A DNA stretch of 64,000 nucleotides, taken from NCBI GenBank assembly GCA_032718475.1, contig JAUCBJ010008735.1, positions 1 to 64,000 on the forward strand. The letters are read 5' to 3'. Shown here piece after piece: positions 25,863-37,280 of the stretch (position 1 is the first letter of the stretch; each line of letters begins with the position of its first letter). Below the pieces are notes generated by a model. The model saw nothing but the letters and a program-made list of their open reading frames with translations, was not told where the DNA came from and ran no database searches. The translations under genes were made by a program, and so were the position numbers. The stretch comes from Nemertoderma westbladi (lineage: Eukaryota; Animalia; Xenacoelomorpha).

Positions 25863-27500
25863 TTAATTATATTTATTTGTTTTTTTAGTAAACGGAGTTC
25901 TAGAATTAGTTGAAAGAGCTATAATAAATGTTCTACTGTAGAAGTCGAAAAAGTATCTCGTACATAGTTATCCCGCTATAACCAGTTGTATTCTCCCCTA
26001 CCCTAAAAGTTGGCTACAGCGTGTATTCGTAAATCGGAATATCAAAATTTACTGTCTTATGTAACATAAAGTTATATTCATTCCCTGTTTTAACAACTCG
26101 CTATATATACAATCATTACCTAACTATGTATAAACACTAACCACTAACCCCACCCACCACCCTATAATGTATTTAAAGGCTTTGCGGATATCATTGCTTA
26201 ATATTTTGGTGGTTCACCCAGCCATTGCATGGCTGGGTGAACAAATGTTTTAAATTTCAAAGATAAATTTTAAAGTATGTCTGAAAATGTCCCCATAGAC
26301 TTTGCTTATAATGTACAAATTACAATTTAATATAAAAATACTCTTAGTCCATGCTTTAGGCCAAAGATCATAAAGATCATGATCAAAGATCATAAAAATG
26401 ACCCTTTTGGGTAAATAAACTAAAATTGTGAATATCGTCCACTAGCGAACCCGTATCGACCAAAAAGTTTCGAATTTTAAATCAATATCGCTCATTTTGC
26501 TTTTTCGGTATATTTTCGCCTACTTCCCAAAGGTGGCGATTCGACGCTGATATTCAACTTGGCGGTCGGGACCCCGATTTTACGAAAATCCATTTATCTC
26601 GGCTTCCGCTGGGTCTTTTCGAAAATTTAAAAAATTGGCGAGCTCCTCTCGTTGTTTCCCATCGATTGGCACCGTTAATTTCGAGATTCGATTAATTAAT
26701 TCGCTCTTAATTAGCGCTAATTGCTAATTACTGCATTTTTTAACGTCTCGTTAATTTTCCTCTATATCTCGAGAACTTCTTAATTTACGATCCCGGGACC
26801 GCTTCCGTTGGATAGAGCTCGAGCTTCCCGACCATATCTCTTGTACATGTTTTAACTTAAAACCGTTCCTTCCCGTAGTAATAGGCGAAAATAATATCGT
26901 CCAATCGGAAAGCTTCGTTGGCCCCGTAGACCCCCTAGAATTAATTTTTTTCAAATTTTTATCGGGTCCGTCTAGCATAATTCGGGGGTGAGGAACATTT
27001 TCTACTTTCAAACTTTTCCCAAATTCCCACTCCTTCCGGTCGTATTTCGCCAAAGATCGTAAAGATCGTGTTCGATCAGCTACCGATCGGCCCCTATAGG
27101 TCGAGTCGTTCCAAAAAAAGAATGAGCTGGACTAACATCTATACCCCCTACGCGATCCCGTTGGCCGCTAGTCTCCATCTATAGCCAGTTTGGCTGTAGC
27201 TCGGCTGTAGCTTTTGGCGGGAAATTCAAATTTCTAAAACGTTCCATTGGGCCCAACTCGAAAACCGTCGGTCGGATTCGCTCGAAATCAAAATTTAGAA
27301 AGTTAATAGGGGGTCTATCCACCTACTGGGATAGTCGGCTTCCCCCCTAAGCGCTCCCTTATACCCTAACTCGCCCAAGTATACCCTTTTCCGTATATAG
27401 TTCCCCGTTTATTGAATTGGGTGAGGCGGTGGTAGTGGTTAGTGAGGGCTAAAGCCCTTTTCCGCCTTGCGGCGGTTAAAAAACATCCTCTATCATCCAG
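24013..27500 (+). mobile_element. Tandem pair (~1.7-kb unit) of Helentron-like non-autonomous elements plus duplicated flank
   Basis: ~24096-25775 repeats at ~25776-27500; subterminal inverted repeats cactaaccacta / tagtggttagtg; 3' hairpins agggctaaagccct and ccgccttgcggcgg. Confidence 0.65.
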
Positions 27501-28318
27501 CATATATTATTTGCCGATGACGCAGTATTGCTGATTAATGGCCTCCTGCATATTGCCATGCTGCGGAATATTGTGAAGGGTATAATCTGTCATGGCTTCC
27601 ACATGATCGGCTATCGTTCATGATGTGATGGGCCATGGATGTAACCATGTCTTGCTTGCTTGCCCTTTATGCTGCCCTAGACTTGCAACATCACCAATCT
27701 GCACTGATCTTAGCATAAGATCTTTATATGTCTTGGTAAGATCTTGGCACCTTTGCTCTATGATCTTAGCAGGGTTGGTAACGATCAGTGCAGATCTTTG
27801 CAGGATTGGTAAGATCAGTAAGATCAGTGCAGATCTTTGCATAATTAATGATATATAACAAAGTTCTGCAAAGATCTTAATAGTTCTCAATCAATAATTA
27901 AGCAAAATTTGAAGCATTCTTCTGTTTGCACTGTGGATTGTTACTATGGGGATATGGCAGTGGGGGATGTAGAACTAACTTAACACATCTTACCTACATA
28001 TCCTACTGTACAACTAACACCTACACACTTAACTGCTTAACATTTCCTATTGTCCCTATCTGTATATCTATTGTGTGGTAATGTTATTATATTTAAGCAG
28101 AACAAATTTCAATTTGGTTTTAAGATAAGCCAATTTAACTTTGCATTAATATCAATAAATTTATATTAGATTCATATAAATTAATATAATTACTCTACTT
28201 GGCCACCATATTAGATAATTCATATTGAAGTATATTTATAAATTTCTCGGATATGTTTGTATCAGCCGATCGGCGGTTGATCAGCTGGGTTGCAGCTTGG
28301 GGTTTTCGCATTGCCTCG

Positions 28319-28710
28319 CTCGTAATAGCCAACTAATACGTTGGTCTCAGTTGGAAGAAGTCATTGCAGTCGTGTTCGTAATAGCCAACTAATACGTTGG
28401 TCTCAGTTTGAAGAAGTCATTGCAGTCGTGTTCGTAATAGCCAACTAATACGTTGGTCTCAGTTGGAAGAAGTCATTGCAGTCGTGTTCGTAATAGCCAA
28501 CTAATACGTTGGTCTCAGTTTGAAGAAGTCATTGCAGTCGTGTTCGTAATAGCCAACTAATACGTTGGTCTCAGTTGGAAGAAGTCATTGCAGTCGTGTT
28601 CGTAATAGCCAACTAATACGTTGGTCTCAGTTGGAAGAAGTCATTGCAGTCGTGTTCGTAATAGCCAACTAATACGTTGGTCTCAGTTGGAAGAAGTCAT
28701 TGCAGTCGTG
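28319..28710. repeat. 56-bp tandem repeat, 7 copies
   Basis: cgtaatagccaactaatacgttggtctcagttggaagaagtcattgcagtcgtgtt at 28321, 28377, 28433, 28489, 28545, 28601, 28657. Confidence 0.96.
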
Positions 28711-29350
28711 AAACGTAATGTTGGTACTACGACATCGCTACTTACGAAAGCTAAGGAGTACGTTAATGCCGCGATTGATCTTGAGTCATCCAAATATAAG
28801 TCTCAGCTTGAGTTTATACTTTAGACTTTGTTCTATTAGACGATATCCCATCCACTTTGAAAGCACCTGAACATCCGAAAGTATGTCCTAATAACAACGG
28901 AAATGCTGAGAAAAATTGAACAGCTAGTGGATATTGAAGTCAGTTATGATGAGTTTCAGGCAGCTGGATACGTCGCAGGATTCCTGGTAAAGGTAATCCC
29001 AGAGTTAGACATCACAGGTGATATTTAAGAGGAGGATAATATATTTACCCAAGCCCTAACTCGTGGTGGATTACAACTTACTCCGCATCACCTGGTATGG
29101 TGGACCAGGACCATGGCATCTGCTGCATGGGTGGATGCTGTACATGATGGAACTATACCTATACGGTACTACAAACAACTAACTCAAGTAATACACATTA
29201 TTGCGGTCTATTACGGTATATCCCAACTGCCACCAATAGCTGCCTGCCGTACCCTAGCAAACACCCTTCTTAATGGAGTACAAAAGCGATCTATGGAAAG
29301 GCAGAAACGGCGCGACTCACATTCTGGTGATAAGACAGCACAAACTAAAT
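28657..29350 (+). pseudogene. P-element/THAP9-like transposase relic (internally deleted)
   Basis: RWSQL...QLEFI segment, then AAGYVAGFLVK...LTRGGLQL.P...ACRTLANTLLN resembling the P-type transposase C-terminus. Confidence 0.5.
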
Positions 29351-29525
29351 TCCTCCGAATAACGGGAAGGGGACAAAATAAGGGGGGGGGGGGGAAACTG
29401 GACGCAATAAAAATTCATCCCTCTCCAGGGGAAATTCGACGCAAATAACAACAGATTACTCTCAAAAATAAAACTACGGAGCCCCTAAAGGGACATTTGT
29501 GAAGAGATATTTTTTTTTTAGTACC

Positions 29526-30200
29526 ACGTTCGCACGTGATACTAACACGTTCGAACGTGTTACCTAACACGTTCGCACGTGATACTAACACGTTCGAACG
29601 TGTTACCTAACACGTTCGAACGTGTTACCTAACACGTTCGCACGTGATACTAACACGTTCGAACGTGTTACCTAACACGTTCGCACGTGATACTAACACG
29701 TTCGCACGTGTTACCTAACACGTTCGCATGTGTTACCTAACACGTTCGCACATGATACTAACACGTTCGAACGTGTTACCTAACACGTTCGCACGTGATA
29801 CTAACACGTTCGCACGTGTTACCTAACACGTTCGCATGTGATACTAACACGTTCGAACGTGTTACCTAACACGTTCGCACGTGATACTAACACGTTCGCA
29901 CGTGTTACCTAACACGTTCGCACGTGTTACCTAACACATTCGCACGTGTTACCTAACACGTTCGCACGTGATACTAACACGTTCGCATGTGATACTAACA
30001 CGTTCGAACGTGTTACCTAACACGTTCGCACGTGATACTAACACGTTCGCACGTGTTAACTAGCACGTTCGCACGTGTTAACTAGCACGTTCGCACGTGT
30101 TACTAACACGTTCGAACGTGTTACCTAACACGTTCGCACGTGATACTAACACGTTCGAACGTGTTAACTAACACGTTCGAACGTGTTACCTAACAAGTTC
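29526..30200. repeat. Left subterminal array of 21/22-bp palindromic units, ~30 copies
   Basis: aacacgttcg[a/c]acgtg(ttacct|atact) units; core AACACGTTCGAACGTGTT is a perfect palindrome. Confidence 0.96.
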
Positions 30201-30576
30201 ACAAGTGTAGTAGTTGCTTAATGCTGCTATTGCGCTATTGGACGGCTGCCATTGGAGGGAGATTTAAAAATAGCGCATGTGTTTTGATTGAATGGCTGAG
30301 TGGCTGAGCCATCAATCAAGGTCTGGTAGACTATACTGCTATACTAGGATAGTAGATTACAGGATTAGTCCTTGGCATCAACCTAGGGTAGGCCTATCTG
30401 ACAGCCTGGATACTGATTCCAAGTTCAGATATTGCGGTATTGATTCAATTGGGGAAATTAGTTTTACTTTTAGTTTTAGGCCTACCGGTAGGCTACCGGT
30501 TGCAAATTGTAAGTTGTACTACAGTTACAGTTGTGTTTCAATATAACAGTATAAGTTCTAATTATATTATTGTATT

Positions 30577-33500
30577 ATGGCGTCTGACGACAATGTTACT
30601 TCCAACGAACTGTATAACTTTCTTTCTAAACGAGGTGTTGGGGAGGATGCAATACTTAAAATGCGGGGAGATAAAATCGATGAATCCATTATCAATTTAA
30701 TTCCAGATAACGAGTTGCAGCGTTATTTGCCAGCCTATGGGGATAGGGTTGCTGTGATGGCGTTCTGTCGATGCAAGCAACAAACCGAATTTGAAACTTC
30801 ACCATCAACTTCTACTGGAGACTGCAATTGGTTTGGAAGCACTGCTGGGAGTACAAGTTCACTAATTGACAGGGTGAGGGGAAGATTATCTGCGTCGCGC
30901 AAGAGGGTAGCCAGTCCTGTCAGCGCAACTTCACTTTCTGTTGTTGCCACCGATACTAAAAAGGCAGCAAAGTTCATGTATGGGAATACACTAGCCGTTA
31001 AAGAGAATCGGCGAGTGGAATTGGGATGGATGCATTTCAGAGGTGATATGATTGGATTTAAGCAAATGCGTCTGCAGAATGGTGGCGGAATTCGGCACCT
31101 ATCCGTTCCTGTCCAAACAACTATGGAAGGTATGATTGAACGTGGTAAAGATTTATTCTTCCCAAATGACAATGCGAGTGTTGGGAATATGGAAGAATTT
31201 TTGTTTGAAATCCGTGATTTCCAGGGTAGATCATTTGAGGGTAACAGTAAAACAATCGGGGATATTTACAATGAAACAGCTTTACGTCTCATACGTTTGT
31301 ACATTTACACCAAGCACAAAGGGTACAGGACACCGGAACCGCCGACCGTTACTTCTGCTGGCAAAGATGAAGACCCACCCGATATTGTACAACTAGAACT
31401 GGAATTAGAGGAGCATTCAGTTTCGACGTCCTCCACAAGGCAACTACATGTTAATAGGGAGATCCCGGAAGGAAGTCGGAACAATGGTTCTGGAGAAGAT
31501 AATGAATCTCAGATAGTTGTCCTATTGGAACCTGGATCTGTGAAGAAGTCGACCGTTTCACTTTTTGAAATTTTATCTGAATTTACCGCGAAAGTGAAAG
31601 GATATTCTCCAACCAATAATGTGAATGCAGATAGAGATGATGTTTTAGGAGGGGCATTTCGAGCTTTCAGTAGAAAGAACTTTGATCCCTGGGTTGCTGT
31701 GAACGTTTGTTTTGATGGCGAGTTCGGTATAGATGAAGGCGGTCCTCGTCGTGAATTTCTAAGATTAATGATGCACGCCATTAAAGAACTGCCTATTTTT
31801 TACGGAGAAGATAATTCAAAGATGCTTGCTCATGACTATAACAGTAAGTTGGTTTGTATTTGTACATAATAAATACAGCATCAATGCAAGTCACTTTAAA
31901 ACTACTGTATGATTATTTAATATATATGTAGCTGTAGTATATTAAATTTCGGTTTGAAATACGCCGTGAAATAAAGAAAATTCAATGCTGCATAATTGGG
32001 TAGGCCTACTATATATAACGGCGTGAAATAAAGTAGCATTATCCTTGCAGTATAATTGTACCTATTATTGTAATTTAATTTAATATTGTATTGTATTTAT
32101 TTTCCTTTCAGATCTTATTGAAGAACGGTATTACAAAGTAGGTGTTATGATAAGCCATTCTATCATTCATGGTGGTCCAATGCCAACGTTTATGTCACCT
32201 ATATTATACGACATGCTGACGTGCTCCTCATGGAGTGACATAAAGCCGCAATTATCTATTACAGACATTCCTGACTATGACTACCAGCAGCTTATACAGC
32301 ATGTAAGAAACTTTATTGTGTAATGCCGTGTTACTAGATACGTAAAAGTAATGCATGCCTGTATAGTGTATATTTAGCAGAAATTGAACTAGAATAATTC
32401 GAACGGATGTTTAATATATTCAGATAAATCCTAATAATATAGACACTAACTAGATTAATTCCTACTAAATTATACAGGCATGCGTTACGTATAGTGTTCC
32501 CAGTATTCATTACATATTTATAATATAAAATTGATTTTTATTTTCAGATAGCAGATTCAACCACACCGATAGAGTTTCGTGAAACAGTTGCCGCAGCTGA
32601 AGATTTAATTAGTTTAGCTGGGTGTTTCAACATGACAATAACATTCTCAGCGATCGTTAAAGATAAACTGGTGGACGCCTTGTTGCACTTTCTTATTGTT
32701 GATAGGATTCGCGGGGCAATAGATCAGTATGAATAAATAATCTTATAGTGGTACACCATATTAATTAGTGCCGAAATTTTAGTAGTATTAATATAATTAA
32801 TTATTATATATTAATTAATATAATAAGTATATTAATTAGTGAAGTATAATAATTAGTAGTAATTATTACATTTTATTTTATTTCATGTCGGCGTGATATA
32901 CTGATATAAACAGAAATAAGGTGAATTCAATACAGGGCTACGGCGCAATACTGTATATAACTATTATATAGTGAGACAATACATTTATTGCTTTTTAAAT
33001 ACTCTGGAGTCCCGAATAGACGGGGCGACACGGCTATTAATTTTTGAAAAAAAATCAACCCACAATTATCTTATTCCAGACACCCCAACTATTAATTTTA
33101 TCTAAAAAAATTAGTACATTTATTATTATGAGTAAATAAGGTTTGTTCTCATAATAATTGAGAGTTGAAAGTGAAAGAAAACAAAACCCGTGTACCGAGT
33201 AGGCCTATACCACCGGTAGCCGTAGGTACTGCTGTACCTGTTCGGTACGCCTATACTGTATGTTAAGTAAGTAGGCCTAAGTTTTCAACATTTTCCACCC
33301 ACGTTTATTCCACCACCCCGACTATTAGCATAATTAAATTTTTCCACCCACCCCGTCTATTCGGGACTCCTCCAGAGTACATAGTTATATTTGCTTTAAT
33401 CTGATTATACTACAGGTTTTCTGAAGGTTTGAAGAAAATGGGAGTACTTCAGGCAATTCAGGAGAACAAAGAGGTTTGTCGAGATATGTTCGTATATGAA

Positions 33501-34031
33501 CATCACGATCTGGATGCAGTGATGGTCGACAACTTGTTTGCTGTCAGGTGGAGTGGATCTGAGGAGGGTAGTAATAGACGAAGGAGGGAGCGAAGAACTA
33601 TAACTATTGGAAGGATTTCCTTCAAGATTTGGGAGGTACAGTATTATATAATAGTTTTTTAGTTCCAGGACAGCGATATTTCCACTTATTTATTATATGT
33701 TATTAATTAGTTTCAGTCATGGAATATGTATTTGTTTACAGACGATGGTGTGAGTTTTACAGATGATGATATGACGTTTACTAGGGTGGGATTGAGCGAT
33801 CTTCTCGCGCTAGTCACCGGATCTACTGCCATACCAGCGCTAGGGTTTGGAGATCAGCTTGCGTTATCATTCTTACACCCTGAGGACATTTCCGACAAAA
33901 ATTATGTTGGTCTACCACGCATCAGTACCTGTTCAATGGAATTGATGTTACCAATTCTGAATAACTATGAGGAGTTTCGTGAACGAATGGCCAGAAACAT
34001 TGCGATGCAGAAAACATTCTCTGACGCTTAA
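30577..34031 (+). CDS. Transposon-borne HECT-type E3 ubiquitin ligase (G2E3-like HECT) with SAM-like N-terminus; five exons, one apparent 1-bp frameshift
   Basis: Predicted exons 30577-31843, 32112-32302, 32548-32726, 33416-33635, 33742-34031, all GT-AG; HECT motifs GEFGIDEGGPRREFL, YYKVG..I.HSIIHGGP.P.F, QFSEGL, SEEGSNRR, (frame -1) YWKDFLQD, LVTGS..IPALGF, PRISTC (catalytic Cys). Confidence 0.85.
33002..33377. mobile_element. Tc1/mariner-type MITE inside intron 3 of the HECT gene
   Basis: TA TSD (33000-33001, 33378-33379); TIR ctctggagtcccgaatagacgggg / ccccgtctattcgggactcc(tcc)agag. Confidence 0.85.
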
Positions 34032-34268
34032 GATAAATTAAACATTATAACATTGAATTGTCAGAACTGAAACATTAAAGAAGTGTATTATAGACTATAG
34101 ATTATATCGTTATATCATATCGTTATGTCATAAATGACGACACGTGTAAATTACCTCATATTATAATACAAATTGTGATGTTGGCATACACGTCTTAAAT
34201 AATTTCAGGATTGTATACTGTATAGAAAAGATATTTAGGAGCATTATTATTATTATCTTGTAGAGAAA

Positions 34269-35432
34269 TTACAACTCGATATTTTTTATTTTGTCCCAAA
34301 TTTCTAAATACAACAGCACTGCATCTTCAACAGTAGAGGGAAAAACAAGTTGTTTATCATTCATTATGCTAATACATAGCGAGTATATATCATTGTTGCA
34401 TGGCACAGTTTGTCTGAATATGGCTTCCTCGCGACATGCACATATTTCCTCATCAGTAACATCGACCAGTTGGTTAGTTGTGTTATATAAAATCGGGCTA
34501 TGGAACATAATGTTAGGGCGTCCACATGGGACATTAGGGTTACGGGATGGACGTATGACGTGGTGATCCCACATAGCGGCTACTCGATCTATCTCACATT
34601 GTAGAACGGCTGTGAAACAAAACTGAACCACATTCTTGGATAAATGTGATCCAGTCACGTAGCCGTCGTCCTTCAACTGTTGAAAGATGTCGATCCAAAA
34701 TTGAGTGCACTCTTTCCGCAGAAATGCCCACCAACTCTCTATACGTTGTTGGTTGGCAGTGCTAGCACCATCAATGTAACAGCGAGCAACATAATTATCC
34801 ACCCCATTCCTACGAAAAAACTTTTGAAAGTCTCGTATATATACGTTCTCTGTACCGTAATCTGCCCTCACAATCAACGGGCATCCTTTTAGTTTATTTA
34901 CCGTTTCAAGATAATAACCACCAATGAGTTTAGGATTATTGTTTGTAGAATATACATTCAACCAGATAAGTTTTCTAGCGAATCCATCAATGCATCCACT
35001 AATGCACAAACCAAAAGGTTTCAATTTGTCATATCCATCTACGTGCCATATGTAGTTAGGCCCCTTGGCATAGTAGGATCTTCGTTGTAGACGTCTGGAT
35101 CGTCTAACGTCAACCCCGATCGGGTCCAGCTCTTTTAATATTAACCGTACATCCTCCTTCCTTACAGCCAATCCAGCGAGTTCGCATTTAGCGTGCATCA
35201 TGCGATATCCATTTAATCTACCAGACTCTTCTAATTCCTTAACTATAAACTGGACAACATCCTCCAACTCGCTATATATTCTCCGGAACAGTCCCAGTTT
35301 ACTCAATATTCTCTTTAGTTGCCATAGACCGATATTATAATTGTACTCCTGTTGAAGCAAAATACAAATGTCTTTATATGCAATCGAACGTTCGAAATAT
35401 TCTCGTATTATACTGTTAAGTGATGGGTTCAT
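34269..35432 (-). CDS. IS3EU DDE transposase (IS3/IS481-like integrase core), intact 387 aa
   Basis: N-terminal HTH-like region; IWHVDGYDKLKPFG..I.GCIDG, VRADYGTEN, NQQRIESWW catalytic D-D-E; no stops. Confidence 0.92.
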   Translation of the reverse strand: MNPSLNSIIREYFERSIAYKDICILLQQEYNYNIGLWQLKRILSKLGLFRRIYSELEDVVQFIVKELEESGRLNGYRMMHAKCELAGLAVRKEDVRLILKELDPIGVDVRRSRRLQRRSYYAKGPNYIWHVDGYDKLKPFGLCISGCIDGFARKLIWLNVYSTNNNPKLIGGYYLETVNKLKGCPLIVRADYGTENVYIRDFQKFFRRNGVDNYVARCYIDGASTANQQRIESWWAFLRKECTQFWIDIFQQLKDDGYVTGSHLSKNVVQFCFTAVLQCEIDRVAAMWDHHVIRPSRNPNVPCGRPNIMFHSPILYNTTNQLVDVTDEEICACREEAIFRQTVPCNNDIYSLCISIMNDKQLVFPSTVEDAVLLYLEIWDKIKNIEL

Positions 35433-35619
35433 GATGGAGTGGTGTATACTATACTATACTTACAGACAGAGGCATATCAGAGGTTCACCTCAGCTAACAG
35501 GTCACCGAAACAATGTCTAGAAGATACCACTCTGATTTATTTTTTAAATTTACCCCCAGTTATTTTCCAGAATAATATTTACGAAGTTGTCCAATAGCGA
35601 GCATTTCTCAGTATTTTGC

Positions 35620-36250
35620 TAACACGTTCGAACGTATTAGGTAACACGTGCGAACGTGTTAGGTAACACGTGCGAACGTGTTAGGTAACACGTGCGAACG
35701 TGTTAGTATCACGTGCGAACGTGTTAGGTAACACGTGCGAACGTGTTAGTATCACGTGCGAACGTGTTAGGTAACACGTGCGAACGTGTTAGGTAACACG
35801 TTCGAACGTGTTAGTATCACGTTCGAACGTGTTAGGTAACACGTGCGAACGTGTTAGTATCACGTGCGAACGTGTTAGGTAACACGTGCGAACGTGTTAG
35901 GTAACACGTGCGAACGTGTTAGGTAATCACGTGCGAACGTGTTAGGTAACACGTGCGAACGTGTTAGTATCACGTGCGAACGTGTTAGGTAACACGTGCG
36001 AACGTGTTAGGTAACACGTGCGAACGTGTTAGGTAACACGTGCGAACGTGTTAGGTAACACGTGCGAACGTGTTAGTATCACGTGCGAACGTGTTAGGTA
36101 ACACGTGCGAACGTGTTAGGTAACACGTGCGAACGTGTTAGGTAACACGTGCGAACGTGTTAGGTAACACGTGCGAACGTGTTAGTATCACGTGCGAACG
36201 TGTTAGTATCACGTGCGAACGTGTTAGGTAACACGTTCGTACGTGTTACT
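35620..36250. repeat. Right subterminal array (inverted relative to the left), ~29 copies
   Basis: gttaggtaacacgtgcgaacgt / gttagtatcacgtgcgaacgt units. Confidence 0.96.
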
Positions 36251-37280
36251 AAAAAAAATATATCTCTTCACAAATGTCCCTTTAGGGGCTCCGTATAAAA
36301 CTGTAACCTGTTATATTATGTTTAGTTTATTGTTTTGTTTAAAATAACGTGCCACTGTAACCTGCTCCTTTCCCTAAATTGAGAATTTAACATTGAGGCG
36401 GGATATTGATTCGCCTAGTTTCCCCAGGGGTGGGGAATATTGGGTCGGCAATCGTAATAAATAATAAAGTAATAACATAAAGTACCTACTAGTAATATAA
36501 AGTAAGAACCTAATAATAATATAAAGTTAAAAGTACCTAATAATAATAGCCCTATAAAGTAATAATATCAGAATGGCGGTTGGGAGTGGGGGAGGGAGGG
36601 GGGGGGGGGGGGGGGGGGGTGGTTACCTGGAACCTGGCTTGAGAACTGCTAGGATAGTAAATGACCAGAGATAAAGAATATATAGAGAGGTCCATGTATG
36701 TATATTGTATAGACAATTTACCGCTAGTTGAATCCGTTATCATCTGTGTCATGACATTACCCTGGGATAGGGATACTGTTCGTATCGTTTTTATGTCGCA
36801 CAATGTACTAAACACGGTCGTTCAAGACTATAAAGAATAGTTGGTACACTACACTCGTCTCCTTTGTTACAAGCCTCGCTGTGCTCGTCCTTTATTTCTT
36901 GACACCAAAATATATTATGTTATTAATAATTACGATTGTGTACTAAATTTCATGAAAATCCTTTGATAACAATGTCTATAACAATATAAAGCAATACCAA
37001 ACCAATGGACTTCGCTAGCGAAGTCGGATGAAGGGGTGTGCCAGTCCTGTAGTATAGTAGTCCTTGGCTAATATTCATATAGTACACCATGTCCCAGAAT
37101 ATAGTGTCCTAATTCAGTGACACGCCCCCCCCCCCCCCCCCCCCCCCCCTAATTTTTCTACAAATCGTGATGAGATTGCATGAAATTTGAAACAGAGATA
37201 GTTTCACCTCCCGACCACTGACTGGGTGAGCCAGAATTTTATTTTTGTTTTCAATCTTTAGCTACAGCGTTTAAAACAAG

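Larger units (their letters stand above)
29475..36295. mobile_element. Complete IS3EU-type DNA transposon with two convergent genes
   Basis: TIR TACGGAGCCCCTAAAGGGACATTTGTGAAGAGATAT... at both ends (TAYGG termini); 6-bp TSD TAAAAC (29469-29474, 36296-36301); IS3/IS481-like DDE ORF inside. Confidence 0.9.

Noticed and set aside
24789-27053. Duplicated small ORFs (MAKYDRKEW...)
   Set aside because: Non-ATG starts, no recognisable domain, lengths differ between copies; lie within a non-coding repeat
28319-28710. CRISPR-like regular repeats (also 1885-2069, 29526-30200, 35620-36250)
   Set aside because: Units are contiguous with no unique spacers, no cas genes, eukaryotic context
30577-34031. 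Host G2E3 orthologue
   Set aside because: Lies inside TIRs and TSD and lacks the PHD/RING fingers of G2E3, so no gene symbol is assigned
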